This document shows positions 55,750 through 64,000 of a stretch of 64,000 nucleotides of DNA, one piece after another (position 1 is the first letter of the stretch; each line of letters starts with the position of its first letter). The stretch lies in the NCBI GenBank assembly GCA_965215605.1, contig OZ244070.1:1600001-1664000 (forward strand), given 5' to 3'. The notes beneath the pieces were generated by a model. That model saw nothing but the letters and a program-made list of their open reading frames with translations, made no database searches and was not told the origin of the DNA. Both the position numbers and the translations under genes were made by a program. Origin of the DNA: an uncultured Candidatus Binatia bacterium (GTDB lineage: Bacteria > Desulfobacterota > Binatia > UBA9968 > JAJDTQ01).

Positions 55750-57117
55750 CTACTTGCCGATGCAAAACTGCGAGAAGATACGGTCGAGAACGTCGTCATT
55801 GGTGACGGTGCCAATGATCTCTTCGAGACTGTCACGAGCCTCCTGCAAATCCACCGCGACAATATCGGGCGGCAACCCGTCGTCCATCGCTCGATGGACC
55901 TCCACCAGGCTGTCCCGTGCACGGTCCAGCGCTGCCTTGTGTCGAACATTGGTTATGACGATTTCAGGCTCTTCCGCGGAATCCAGAAAACAATCATGCA
56001 AGGCGGTCCGCAACTCATCGAGCCCCTGGTTGGTAAGCGCCGACACCTCCATCTGCCGCAGACGTGGTAACAACCCCGACACCGCCGCCCGGTCGATCCT
56101 CTGCTGCAGGTCGATCTTGTTGATGACGACAAGGCCCGGACTCTCGCGCAACCTCTCCATTACCTTCCTGTCTTCGCCGGTAAGCGGCGACGATCCGTCC
56201 AGCACCAGCAGACATCCCTGGCTCTCCGCAAGCCTTCGGAGGGTCACATCAATGCCGATCTGCTCGACACCTTCGGTGTTCTCCCTGAGACCCGCGGTGT
56301 CCCACAGGACCACCGGAAGCCCCTTGAGATTCACCGTCTCCTCGATGAAATCCCGAGTCGTTCCGGGGGTGTCGGTGACAATGGCCCGATCTACCCCAAG
56401 CAGCGCATTCATCAGACTCGACTTGCCGACATTCGGCCGTCCGACGATGCACACCCGGACGCCTTCGCGAATCAGTCGACCCCACTCGTAGCTGTCGATG
56501 AGAGCCGACATCCTGTCCACGACTCCGGTCACCTTCCGGACCAGCTCCGCGCGCTGGAGCAACTCGATCTCTTCCTCCGGGAAGTCGATGGCAGCCTCCA
56601 CTTGCACCAACGTGTCCACCAGTCGTTCCCTGAGGTCCTGGACCTCCTGCGAAAGGCCACCCTCCATCTGATCCAAGGCGACATCCGCGGCCTTGTCCGT
56701 GCGTGAGCGGATGAGGTCCAAGACCGCCTCGGCCTGGGTTAAATCCAAACGTCCGTTCAAAAATGCCCTTTTGGTAAATTCTCCTGGTTCCGCATGCCGT
56801 GCCCCTTGCGCCAGCACCAAACCCAGCACCTGGCGGACCACATGGGGGCCCCCATGGCAATGGATCTCGACGGTGTCTTCACCCGTGTAGCTCTTCGGCT
56901 GCTGAAGGAATACAAACATGACCTCGTCCACGACAGACCCGCGAGCCGGATCACGCACCCTCCCGTAATACAATCGGTGCGACTCCCAGCCATCATCCTT
57001 GCGTCCGAGGATCCCGCTGCCGATGCGTCGTGCATCCGGGCCGCTCAGGCGTACCACGGCCACGCCTCCCTCGCCGGGAGGCGTGGCCACCGCCGCTATG
57101 GTATCTGACTGGTACAT
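55750..57117 (-). CDS. mnmE: tRNA modification GTPase
   Basis: DTIAAVATP, GRPNVGKSS, GTTRD, DTAG, NKID, C-terminal FCIGK. Confidence 0.97.
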   Translation of the reverse strand: MYQSDTIAAVATPPGEGGVAVVRLSGPDARRIGSGILGRKDDGWESHRLYYGRVRDPARGSVVDEVMFVFLQQPKSYTGEDTVEIHCHGGPHVVRQVLGLVLAQGARHAEPGEFTKRAFLNGRLDLTQAEAVLDLIRSRTDKAADVALDQMEGGLSQEVQDLRERLVDTLVQVEAAIDFPEEEIELLQRAELVRKVTGVVDRMSALIDSYEWGRLIREGVRVCIVGRPNVGKSSLMNALLGVDRAIVTDTPGTTRDFIEETVNLKGLPVVLWDTAGLRENTEGVEQIGIDVTLRRLAESQGCLLVLDGSSPLTGEDRKVMERLRESPGLVVINKIDLQQRIDRAAVSGLLPRLRQMEVSALTNQGLDELRTALHDCFLDSAEEPEIVITNVRHKAALDRARDSLVEVHRAMDDGLPPDIVAVDLQEARDSLEEIIGTVTNDDVLDRIFSQFCIGK

Positions 57118-57284
57118 GATCGGTTCTTCAGTTTCTCCATGCCCGCAACATTATACCCCATCCGTCGCCGACCTGCGTGCCGATGGAGCGTTGGGCCACC
57201 GCCCGTCCAGAACGCCGTCCCACCACCCCCGCCCGTTATTCGCCTCTCCTGAAAAACTGTGTTAGATACCATCGTTGGAACGTC

Positions 57285-58343
57285 ATGATCCAAACTACCG
57301 ACGACCTCAGAATCGAGAATCTCCGTCCCTTGGTCCCTCCGATGATTGTCGTGGACGAAGAACTGCCGATTACCGAACAGGCCACGTCGACGGTGACTGC
57401 CGCCCGTCGCGCCATAACCGATATCATCAACGGCCGGGACCAACGACTCCTGGTCATCGCCGGCCCGTGCTCCATTCACGACCCGAAAGCCGCGCTTGAG
57501 TACGCCGGCCGGTTGAAGCGGGAGTCCGACCGCCTCGCCGACGACCTGCTCGTCATCATGCGTGTCTACTTCGAGAAACCCCGCACGACCGTGGGGTGGA
57601 AGGGCCTCATCAACGACCCGGACCTCGACGGCAGCTTCAACATCCACCAGGGGCTGCGGATCGCCCGGGGCCTGCTGCTCGATCTGGCGAACATGGGACT
57701 GGCGACGGGTTCGGAGTTCCTCGACACCATCACGCCGCAATTCACCGCCGACCTGATATCATGGGGCGCCATCGGCGCGCGCACGGCGGAAAGCCAAGTG
57801 CACCGCGAACTCGCTTCCGGGTTGTCCATGCCGGTGGGCTTCAAGAACGGCACCGGCGGTTCCATACAGATCGCCATCGATGGAGTGCGCGCCGCGTGCC
57901 ACCCGCACCACTTCCTCGGGGTTACCAGCCAGGGAATCGCCGCCATCATCTCCACGTCGGGGAACGAGAGCTGCCACGTCATCCTGCGAGGCTCCAACAA
58001 CGGCGCCAACTTCGACCAGGGCGTGGTTGACGACACCGCCCAAAAGCTGCGCGACGCCGAACTTCCACACCGCGTGCTCATCGACTGCAGCCACGGCAAC
58101 AGCCAAAAGGACTACCTGCGGCAGCCCCAGGTCTGCGCCGATGTATGCGAGCAGGTTGCCGCCGGTTCCGACAGCATCTGCGGCGTCATGATGGAGAGCC
58201 ACCTCGTGGCCGGCCGCCAGGACATCAAGCCCGACACCCCGCTCACCTACGGCCAGAGCGTCACCGACGCCTGCATCGACTGGGAAACCACCGTGCCGAT
58301 GCTCGAGGACCTGGCCCGGGCCGCGGCCATGCGGCGGTCCTGA
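57285..58343 (+). CDS. 3-deoxy-7-phosphoheptulonate (DAHP) synthase, class I-alpha (AroF/G/H type)
   Basis: GPCSIHD, KPRTTVGWKG, IGART.ESQVHRE, DCSHGNS, SVTDACI; ATG at 57285. Confidence 0.95.
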   Translation: MIQTTDDLRIENLRPLVPPMIVVDEELPITEQATSTVTAARRAITDIINGRDQRLLVIAGPCSIHDPKAALEYAGRLKRESDRLADDLLVIMRVYFEKPRTTVGWKGLINDPDLDGSFNIHQGLRIARGLLLDLANMGLATGSEFLDTITPQFTADLISWGAIGARTAESQVHRELASGLSMPVGFKNGTGGSIQIAIDGVRAACHPHHFLGVTSQGIAAIISTSGNESCHVILRGSNNGANFDQGVVDDTAQKLRDAELPHRVLIDCSHGNSQKDYLRQPQVCADVCEQVAAGSDSICGVMMESHLVAGRQDIKPDTPLTYGQSVTDACIDWETTVPMLEDLARAAAMRRS

Positions 58344-58368
58344 ACGGTCCGACCCGGGCGTTGCGCCC

Positions 58369-58570
58369 TAGTGTCCTGTCCCACGTAGTTCTTTACCAAT
58401 CTGCCGGTCTGTCTTGTGGCCGGCTCATTGCTCCTGCCCGCGCGTTTCCGGACGACGCCTCGAACACCGCGACGGCCCGGGTCCGAACGTCCGAGGTGCC
58501 GACGCGACCTGCCGGCGCAGGGAGTTCCTGGGCGCCGACCTGCCGCAAAATTACGTGGGACAGGACACTA
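58369..58570. mobile_element. MITE-like non-autonomous element with captured gene fragment
   Basis: Perfect 19-bp inverted ends TAGTGTCCTGTCCCACGTA at 58369-58387 and 58552-58570 (17-bp TIR plus duplicated TA). No transposase. Interior 58436-58547 matches 795-906. Confidence 0.8.
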
Positions 58571-59662
58571 TAGCTCCACGGCGCGCCCTTGCGCCGACGA
58601 CGCCGCGATGGCGTCGATGAGCCGGTGCAAGTCCACGGCGGTGTTGAAATCGGGTTCGCAGCCGGTGCCGTTGCGGATGGCGCCGGCAAATCTCACGTAC
58701 ATTTCGCCGACGTTCCTGGGCTCCTTCTCCGGCGTTTCCGCCGGCGCGGTCACGTACTCGGCCGGCACCTCCAGCTCCTCGAGGCCGGACCCGCCGGCCT
58801 TGACTCCCTGAAGACGTACGGCCAGGAGTTGCGGGGTGTTGCCGGAGGAGGCCACCAGCGTGCCCTCCCGGCCGTAGATCTCCATGCGGTAGCCGGCCGC
58901 GCTCCAGGGTACGGCGGCCACGTAGACCGAGGCCACGGCACCGTTGGCCAACCGCCCGCTCACGAGCACGTTGTCCGGGGCGTCGACGTCGACGTAGCGC
59001 TGCGTGTCGGTCTCGAACCACTGGCGCGCCTGGGTGCTCACCACGGCGGAAACGGAGCTGAAATCGCCCACGATGAAGCGCAGCGCATCGATGGTATGAC
59101 CGCCCGGGATATTCAAGGTGCTGGCGCCCAAGGAACCGTCCCTCTGCCAAGTCCGGTCCGAGGGCCGTTCCAGCACGCCGCCCCGCGCCACGCTCACGTG
59201 GCACGCCATGACCTCGCCCACGTAGCCGTCCGCCACCAGGTCCCTGGCATACCGGATCGAGGGGTTCGCCCGGGCCTGCAAGCCAACCATGTGCCGGAGC
59301 CCCTTGGCCTCGGCGAGATCACGCATCGCCACGGCCTCCGCGCCGGTCTTTCCCAGAGGCCACTCCGTGAACACGTGCTTGCCGGCGTTGAGCGCGTCCA
59401 TCGTCACGTGATAGTGGTTCGGCACCACCAACACCACCGCCACCGCCTCGATATCGGGACAGGCCAGCAGTTCGCGGTAGTCATGGAACGCCATCCTTGC
59501 ACCGTACTTCTCAGCCGACGCCTCGGCGCTCTCCTTGCGCGTGGTGCACACCGCCGTCAACTCCACGTCGCGGCTTGCGACAATGGCGGGAAGGTGCGCC
59601 CTGGGACCCCATCCACGGGTAGGATTCGCGCCGATGACGCCCAACCTTATCTTTTCGGCCAT
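58568..59662 (-). CDS. Gfo/Idh/MocA family oxidoreductase
   Basis: LGVIGA Rossmann start, GKHVFTEWPLG, GHTID. Confidence 0.92.
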   Translation of the reverse strand: MAEKIRLGVIGANPTRGWGPRAHLPAIVASRDVELTAVCTTRKESAEASAEKYGARMAFHDYRELLACPDIEAVAVVLVVPNHYHVTMDALNAGKHVFTEWPLGKTGAEAVAMRDLAEAKGLRHMVGLQARANPSIRYARDLVADGYVGEVMACHVSVARGGVLERPSDRTWQRDGSLGASTLNIPGGHTIDALRFIVGDFSSVSAVVSTQARQWFETDTQRYVDVDAPDNVLVSGRLANGAVASVYVAAVPWSAAGYRMEIYGREGTLVASSGNTPQLLAVRLQGVKAGGSGLEELEVPAEYVTAPAETPEKEPRNVGEMYVRFAGAIRNGTGCEPDFNTAVDLHRLIDAIAASSAQGRAVEL

Positions 59663-59725
59663 TATTTTCCTTTCAGCGTTAAAACAAGGAGTTATGAACT
59701 ATTACCATAGTCCAAGAACCGGCCC

Positions 59726-61768
59726 CTAAGGTTCCAGAAGGGGCCCCAGCCCCTCCCAGTCGGTCACCGGCGCCGCACAGGTGAAATTGCGGCAGACGTA
59801 GACCGTCGCCTTGCCGTCGATCTGCGATTTCCCCTCCAGCAGCGGGGAGATCTCGGCCAGGCGGGCATCCGGGCTGACCCACCGGAGCGTCTTGTTGGGC
59901 AGATAGCTGTCCTGTACCTGCCGCGCGATCACGTGCGCATCCGGGTCGTCCCTTCCCGCCACCATGACGATCTCCGCCGGCATCGAAAGATGGAAGTCCA
60001 GGGCCGCCAGCATGTGGGCCAGGCCGAACGGCTCCTTGGCCATGGCGTCATAGTGAAGACGCAGGGTCTTCTCCGCGCGCTCCACCAGATCCTGCTCTCC
60101 GGTGTAGTGGTGGAGCCGTAGCAACACCAGCGCCGCCACCGCGTTGCCCGACGGAATGGAGCTGTCGAACCCAGGCTTGGTGCGGCTGATGAGCTGCTCG
60201 TGGGACTTGCCCGTATAGAAGAACCCGCCGTTCTCTTCGTCCCAGAACTCCTCCACCATGGTCCGGGCCAGGGCCTTGGACCGGTCCAGCAACCCATCCT
60301 CGAAGGTCGCTTCGAACAGGTCCAGCAGCCCCGCGATGAGAAACGCATAGTCGTCGAGATAGCCCAACAGTTTGGCCTGCCCGTCTTTGTAGGTGTGGAG
60401 CAGCAGACCGTTTTCGAACATGCGGGTGAAGATGAAATCGACGGTCCTCGTACCCGCCTCCCGGATCCGCGCATCGCCGGTGATGGCATATCCCGCGGCA
60501 ACGCCCGACAGCATCAGACCGTTCCAGGACGTGATGACCTTTTCGTCCCGGAAGGGCTTGACCCGCTTCTCCCGCTCCGTGAAAAGACGCGCCCGGGACT
60601 CGGCCAGAACGGCCTCGATCTGCTGCTCGTCCTTGTTGAAATACCTGGCGGCCTGCTCGACGGTGAGGATGGGATGCAGGATGTTGTTTCCCTCGAAGTT
60701 GCCCAGGTCCGTGACGTCGTAGAACCGGCAGAAGATGTCACCGCGCTCCTTGCCGAGCACGTTGTGAACTTCCTCGGGCGTCCACACGAAGAACTTGCCT
60801 TCCTCGCCCTCGCTGTCCGCGTCCTGGGCGGAGTAGAACCCGCCCTCGGGCTGGATCATCTCCCGCAACACGTATTCCAGGGTCTCCTCGACGATGCGCT
60901 TGAAGAAGCCGTCCTTGGTGATCCGGTACGCCTCGGCGTAGACCTGCGCGAGCTGGCCGTTGTCGTAGAGCATCTTCTCGAAGTGGGGCACGAGCCACTT
61001 CTCATCCACGGAGTACCGGTGGAAGCCGCCGCCGAGTTGGTCGTACATCCCCCCCTCGGCGATTTTCCGGAGCGTCTCGGCGATCATCTCCAGGTACCGC
61101 CCGTTTCCCGACAGCCGGTACGACCGCAGGAAGAGGTTGTAGACCCCGGCGTTGGGGAACTTGGGCGCCCGGCCGAAGCCGCCGTGGGCGGCGTCGTAGG
61201 CCGGGGTCAGGCCTTCGGCCCCACGGGTGACGACCTCCACGGCCAACTCGTTGCCGGTCTCGCTCAGCACGCTCATGCGATCCAGCGCCGCCACGATCTG
61301 GTCGACGTTCTTGGCCACGTCCTGCGGCTTGTTCCGGTAGGCCTCCAGCACCGCCTGCAGCACCCGGGGGAAGCCCGGCATGCCCTGCCGGTCCTCGGGC
61401 GGGTAGTAGGTGCCGCCGAAGAACGGCTTGCCCTCGGGGGTGAGGAACACGGTCATGGGCCAGCCGCCCCTCCGGGTCAGCATCTGCACGGCGTTCATGT
61501 AGATCTCGTCCAGATCCGGACGCTCCTCCCGGTCCACCTTGATGCTCACGTAGTTCTCGTTCATCAGCGCGGCGATGGCCTCGTTCTCGAACGACTCGTG
61601 TTCCATCACGTGGCACCAGTGGCAGGCCGAGTAGCCGATGCTCAGGAGGATAGGCTTGTCCTCGGCCCGGGCCTTGGCAAAGGCATCCTCCCCCCAGGGA
61701 AACCAGTCCACCGGATTGCCGGCGTGCTGCAGCAGATACGGGCTTGTCTCGTTGGCCAGGCGGTTCAT
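59726..61768 (-). CDS. thioredoxin domain-containing YyaL/SSP411 family protein
   Basis: [40 protein letters not shown]. Confidence 0.93.
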   Translation of the reverse strand: MNRLANETSPYLLQHAGNPVDWFPWGEDAFAKARAEDKPILLSIGYSACHWCHVMEHESFENEAIAALMNENYVSIKVDREERPDLDEIYMNAVQMLTRRGGWPMTVFLTPEGKPFFGGTYYPPEDRQGMPGFPRVLQAVLEAYRNKPQDVAKNVDQIVAALDRMSVLSETGNELAVEVVTRGAEGLTPAYDAAHGGFGRAPKFPNAGVYNLFLRSYRLSGNGRYLEMIAETLRKIAEGGMYDQLGGGFHRYSVDEKWLVPHFEKMLYDNGQLAQVYAEAYRITKDGFFKRIVEETLEYVLREMIQPEGGFYSAQDADSEGEEGKFFVWTPEEVHNVLGKERGDIFCRFYDVTDLGNFEGNNILHPILTVEQAARYFNKDEQQIEAVLAESRARLFTEREKRVKPFRDEKVITSWNGLMLSGVAAGYAITGDARIREAGTRTVDFIFTRMFENGLLLHTYKDGQAKLLGYLDDYAFLIAGLLDLFEATFEDGLLDRSKALARTMVEEFWDEENGGFFYTGKSHEQLISRTKPGFDSSIPSGNAVAALVLLRLHHYTGEQDLVERAEKTLRLHYDAMAKEPFGLAHMLAALDFHLSMPAEIVMVAGRDDPDAHVIARQVQDSYLPNKTLRWVSPDARLAEISPLLEGKSQIDGKATVYVCRNFTCAAPVTDWEGLGPLLEP

Positions 61769-61799
61769 CGACAGATTCTCCTGTTGCGCTGCTCCGAGT

Positions 61800-62159
61800 T
61801 CAGTATTTCCGGATCACGGCCACCACCACCCCCCGGATCTCCACGTCTTCCTCCGCGGCCACCGTGGGGACGAGCCGCTCGTCGGCGGGCTGCAGCAGCA
61901 CGCTCCCACCCTGGTGGTGGAGCCGCTTGACCGTGGCGTCGCCCCGGACCAAAGCCACCACCGTGTCGCCCTCCCGCGCCACGGGCGCCGCCTGGACCAG
62001 GATGACGTCGCCGTCGCCGATCTGCTCCCCGATCAGGGTTTCCCCCCGGACGCGCAGCGCGAATATGCCCGGGCTCCGCGCCAGATCCCTGGGCGCGCCG
62101 GGGATGTCTGCCACCTCCACCGGCTCGAAGACCTGTCCCTGCCGCCTCCCGACGGTCAT
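61800..62159 (-). CDS. LexA/UmuD-like peptidase S24 C-terminal domain only
   Basis: [52 protein letters not shown]. No HTH domain. Confidence 0.75.
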   Translation of the reverse strand: MTVGRRQGQVFEPVEVADIPGAPRDLARSPGIFALRVRGETLIGEQIGDGDVILVQAAPVAREGDTVVALVRGDATVKRLHHQGGSVLLQPADERLVPTVAAEEDVEIRGVVVAVIRKY

Positions 62160-62168
62160 CAAACCAGC

Positions 62169-62474
62169 TTAGCAGCCCTGGGAATCCATGGCACCTTTGG
62201 CGGCGTCGACCATGCCCTGGGCCTTCACGGCGTTGGCGTCCCCGGCACCGTAGAACTTCCCGAGGTAGGCCGCCACCTTGCGCAACACCTCGTAATGGGC
62301 CTCGGCGCACGCGCTTCGGGCCTCCGCTGAAAGCTCGTCGAACTCCCGCTCGATATTGCCCAGCCAGCCCGGCAGATACTCGGTCTCGATGTCCGTGCCG
62401 GTATAGAGGTATCCCTCCAGAGAGCCCGCCCTGGCCGCCAGGCCGTAGACTCGCTTGACGTCGGATGCATCCAT
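62169..62474 (-). CDS. hypothetical protein (101 aa)
   Basis: Strong GGGAGG RBS and a GC3-rich frame; no family recognised. Confidence 0.7.
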   Translation of the reverse strand: MDASDVKRVYGLAARAGSLEGYLYTGTDIETEYLPGWLGNIEREFDELSAEARSACAEAHYEVLRKVAAYLGKFYGAGDANAVKAQGMVDAAKGAMDSQGC

Positions 62475-62528
62475 GATCGCGTCCTCCCTTTCGTCGCCCG
62501 TCCGTGAGCGACTTTAACGCACCTGCGT

Positions 62529-63554
62529 TTACGGCGTCTCCGGGGGACGGTTCTTCTGATATTTCCTGACCGCCGCGTTGTGCTCCCGGAGGCTCTCGGA
62601 GAAGTAGTGGCTGCCGTCGTTCCTGGACACGAAATACAGGTAGTCGACTTCCGCCGGATGGAGCGCCGCCTTCAACGCGACCAGACCGGGGTTGGCGATG
62701 GGACCCGGGGGCAACCCCCGGATCCTGTAGGTGTTGTAGGGACCCGGGCTCCGGAGATCCCCGCGCGTCAGGTTGCCGTTGAAGTCTTCCAAGCCGTAGA
62801 TCACCGTCGGATCGCTCTGAAGCCGCATGCCCCGCTTCAAGCGGTTGTGGAACACCGCGGACACCAGCGGCATCTCCGCGCCCGGGCCGCCTTCCTTCTC
62901 GATGATGGACGCCAGCGTCACCAGTTGGTGGCGGGTCAGGCCCAGCTCCTTCGCCCGCGCTTCCAGTTCGGGGGTGAACCTGTCCCTGAACTCGGCGAAC
63001 ATCGTCCTGACGATCTCTTCTTCCATGGCCAGCGCGCGGAAGAAATAGGTGGTGGGGAAAAGATAGCCTTCCATGCTGCCCGCCCCCAGGGAGTCGAGAA
63101 GGGACGGATCGGCGATGGCCGCCGCGAACTTCTCCGGCGTCACCAGCCCCTTGCTCTCGAGCAACCGGCCGATCTGGCGCAGCGTGAAGCCCTCGGGAAT
63201 CGTGACCTTGTGGATGACGGTCCTGCCACGGACGAGTCCGTCGAGCACCGACCGGGGCGAGACGGCCCCCTCGAAGCGGTAGAGGCCGCGATGCACTCTG
63301 GTATCGAGTCCGCGCAACCGAGCCCACAACGCGAAGAGCCGGGGCTGCGAGACAACCCCTTTCTCACCGAGTTGGCGGGCCGCCGCCGCAAACGTGTCGC
63401 CGCGCCGAATCTCGATCTCCGCAACCGACGAATGGCCGTGGTAGGGGGTCAGGAGGAAGGCGGCCATGTACCCGAGGGCGGTGAGGGCGGCGAGCAGGAA
63501 CAAAGCGCCGGCAACCAGAAGGCCTCGACGACCGGAAAGCAGGGACTCGATCAC
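62529..63554 (-). CDS. mltG: endolytic transglycosylase MltG
   Basis: TIPEGF, EGYLFP.TY, LASIIEKE, LQSDPT, YNTY..GLPPGPIANPG. GTG at 63554 preferred to ATG at 63587, which overlaps the upstream gene. Confidence 0.93.
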   Translation of the reverse strand: MIESLLSGRRGLLVAGALFLLAALTALGYMAAFLLTPYHGHSSVAEIEIRRGDTFAAAARQLGEKGVVSQPRLFALWARLRGLDTRVHRGLYRFEGAVSPRSVLDGLVRGRTVIHKVTIPEGFTLRQIGRLLESKGLVTPEKFAAAIADPSLLDSLGAGSMEGYLFPTTYFFRALAMEEEIVRTMFAEFRDRFTPELEARAKELGLTRHQLVTLASIIEKEGGPGAEMPLVSAVFHNRLKRGMRLQSDPTVIYGLEDFNGNLTRGDLRSPGPYNTYRIRGLPPGPIANPGLVALKAALHPAEVDYLYFVSRNDGSHYFSESLREHNAAVRKYQKNRPPETP

Positions 63555-63556
63555 CT

Positions 63557-64000
63557 TCAGTTGTCGGTTACGTTCACCTTCATCCATCCTTCAATCTGCT
63601 TCAGAAAGCCTGCGAATGGATCCTTCTTGGGCGAATCCGCAAAGTAGGCCTTGTGCATGTAATCCAGCGCCCCGGACAGGTACTCGAACTTTTCCGAGAG
63701 TTCCTGGTAGAGCAGGAATCCGGTGCGGTAGAGGGACAGGTCCACCTCGGACACCTTCCAGTAGGATCGGCTGCCCTCCTGAAGGTAGTAGTCCAGGTAG
63801 CCTCCCCGCTCCACGTGGGACCTGAAGACCCCGCTCATGAACAACGTATAGTCTCCCAAGTACTTCCGCATCCGCCGCTCCTGCATGAGCGGGTTCTCAC
63901 CGGAAACCGTCGTTTCGTCCGCCGCCAGCATCTCCACCACGCTGTCGAGTCTCTGGTTCCTGCGGGAGCGGACGCGATACAGCCGGTCGCTGCGGGCGAA
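63557..64000 (-). CDS. hypothetical protein, 5'-partial
   Basis: Frame open to the window end (FARSDRLYRVR...RKYLGDYTLFMSGVF); protein-like composition. Confidence 0.7.
   Translation of the reverse strand, partial: FARSDRLYRVRSRRNQRLDSVVEMLAADETTVSGENPLMQERRMRKYLGDYTLFMSGVFRSHVERGGYLDYYLQEGSRSYWKVSEVDLSLYRTGFLLYQELSEKFEYLSGALDYMHKAYFADSPKKDPFAGFLKQIEGWMKVNVTDN

Noticed and set aside
58393-58689. 98-aa ORF spanning the mini-element
   Set aside because: It starts out of frame inside the Gfo/Idh/MocA gene, and its similarity comes only from the captured fragment; no independent evidence of expression.

Overview
High-GC bacterial chromosome segment, mostly housekeeping genes. The gene order is deltaproteobacterial-style (mnmE-mnmG-rsmG-parA-parB-atpF'FHAGDC with no atpIBE here; gyrB-gyrA-gpsA). 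The accessory genes (MmgE/PrpD, TctB, dihydroxyphthalate decarboxylase-like, Gfo/Idh/MocA) would fit Binatota or a related lineage, but that assignment is inference. The window holds an origin-proximal block with two perfect parS sites but no dnaA-dnaN-recF, an F1Fo ATP synthase operon, aroCKBQ plus a DAHP synthase, gyrase, rpmH-rnpA-yidD-yidC-jag, a TetR/MFP/RND efflux unit, proS, pyrF, a ribB fusion, a decayed Xre/RES toxin-antitoxin pair and a complex I-like nuo cluster lacking nuoB and nuoEFG. Signals the ORF track does not show directly: (1) a ~200-bp TIR-bounded, TA-flanked non-autonomous element at 58369-58570 carrying a 112-bp, 89%-identical copy of part of the uncharacterised 724-aa gene 57.6 kb away; (2) a UGA-recoded DsbA/FrnE-like selenoprotein with a SECIS-like hairpin; (3) aroK with no canonical start codon, in frame with the aroC stop; (4) a LexA/S24 C-terminal-only protein with Ser replaced by Thr; (5) a long, structured atp leader; (6) two small REP-like palindrome families. 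I saw no rRNA, tRNA, CRISPR array or transposase gene. All identifications come from motif recognition by eye, not from database searches.
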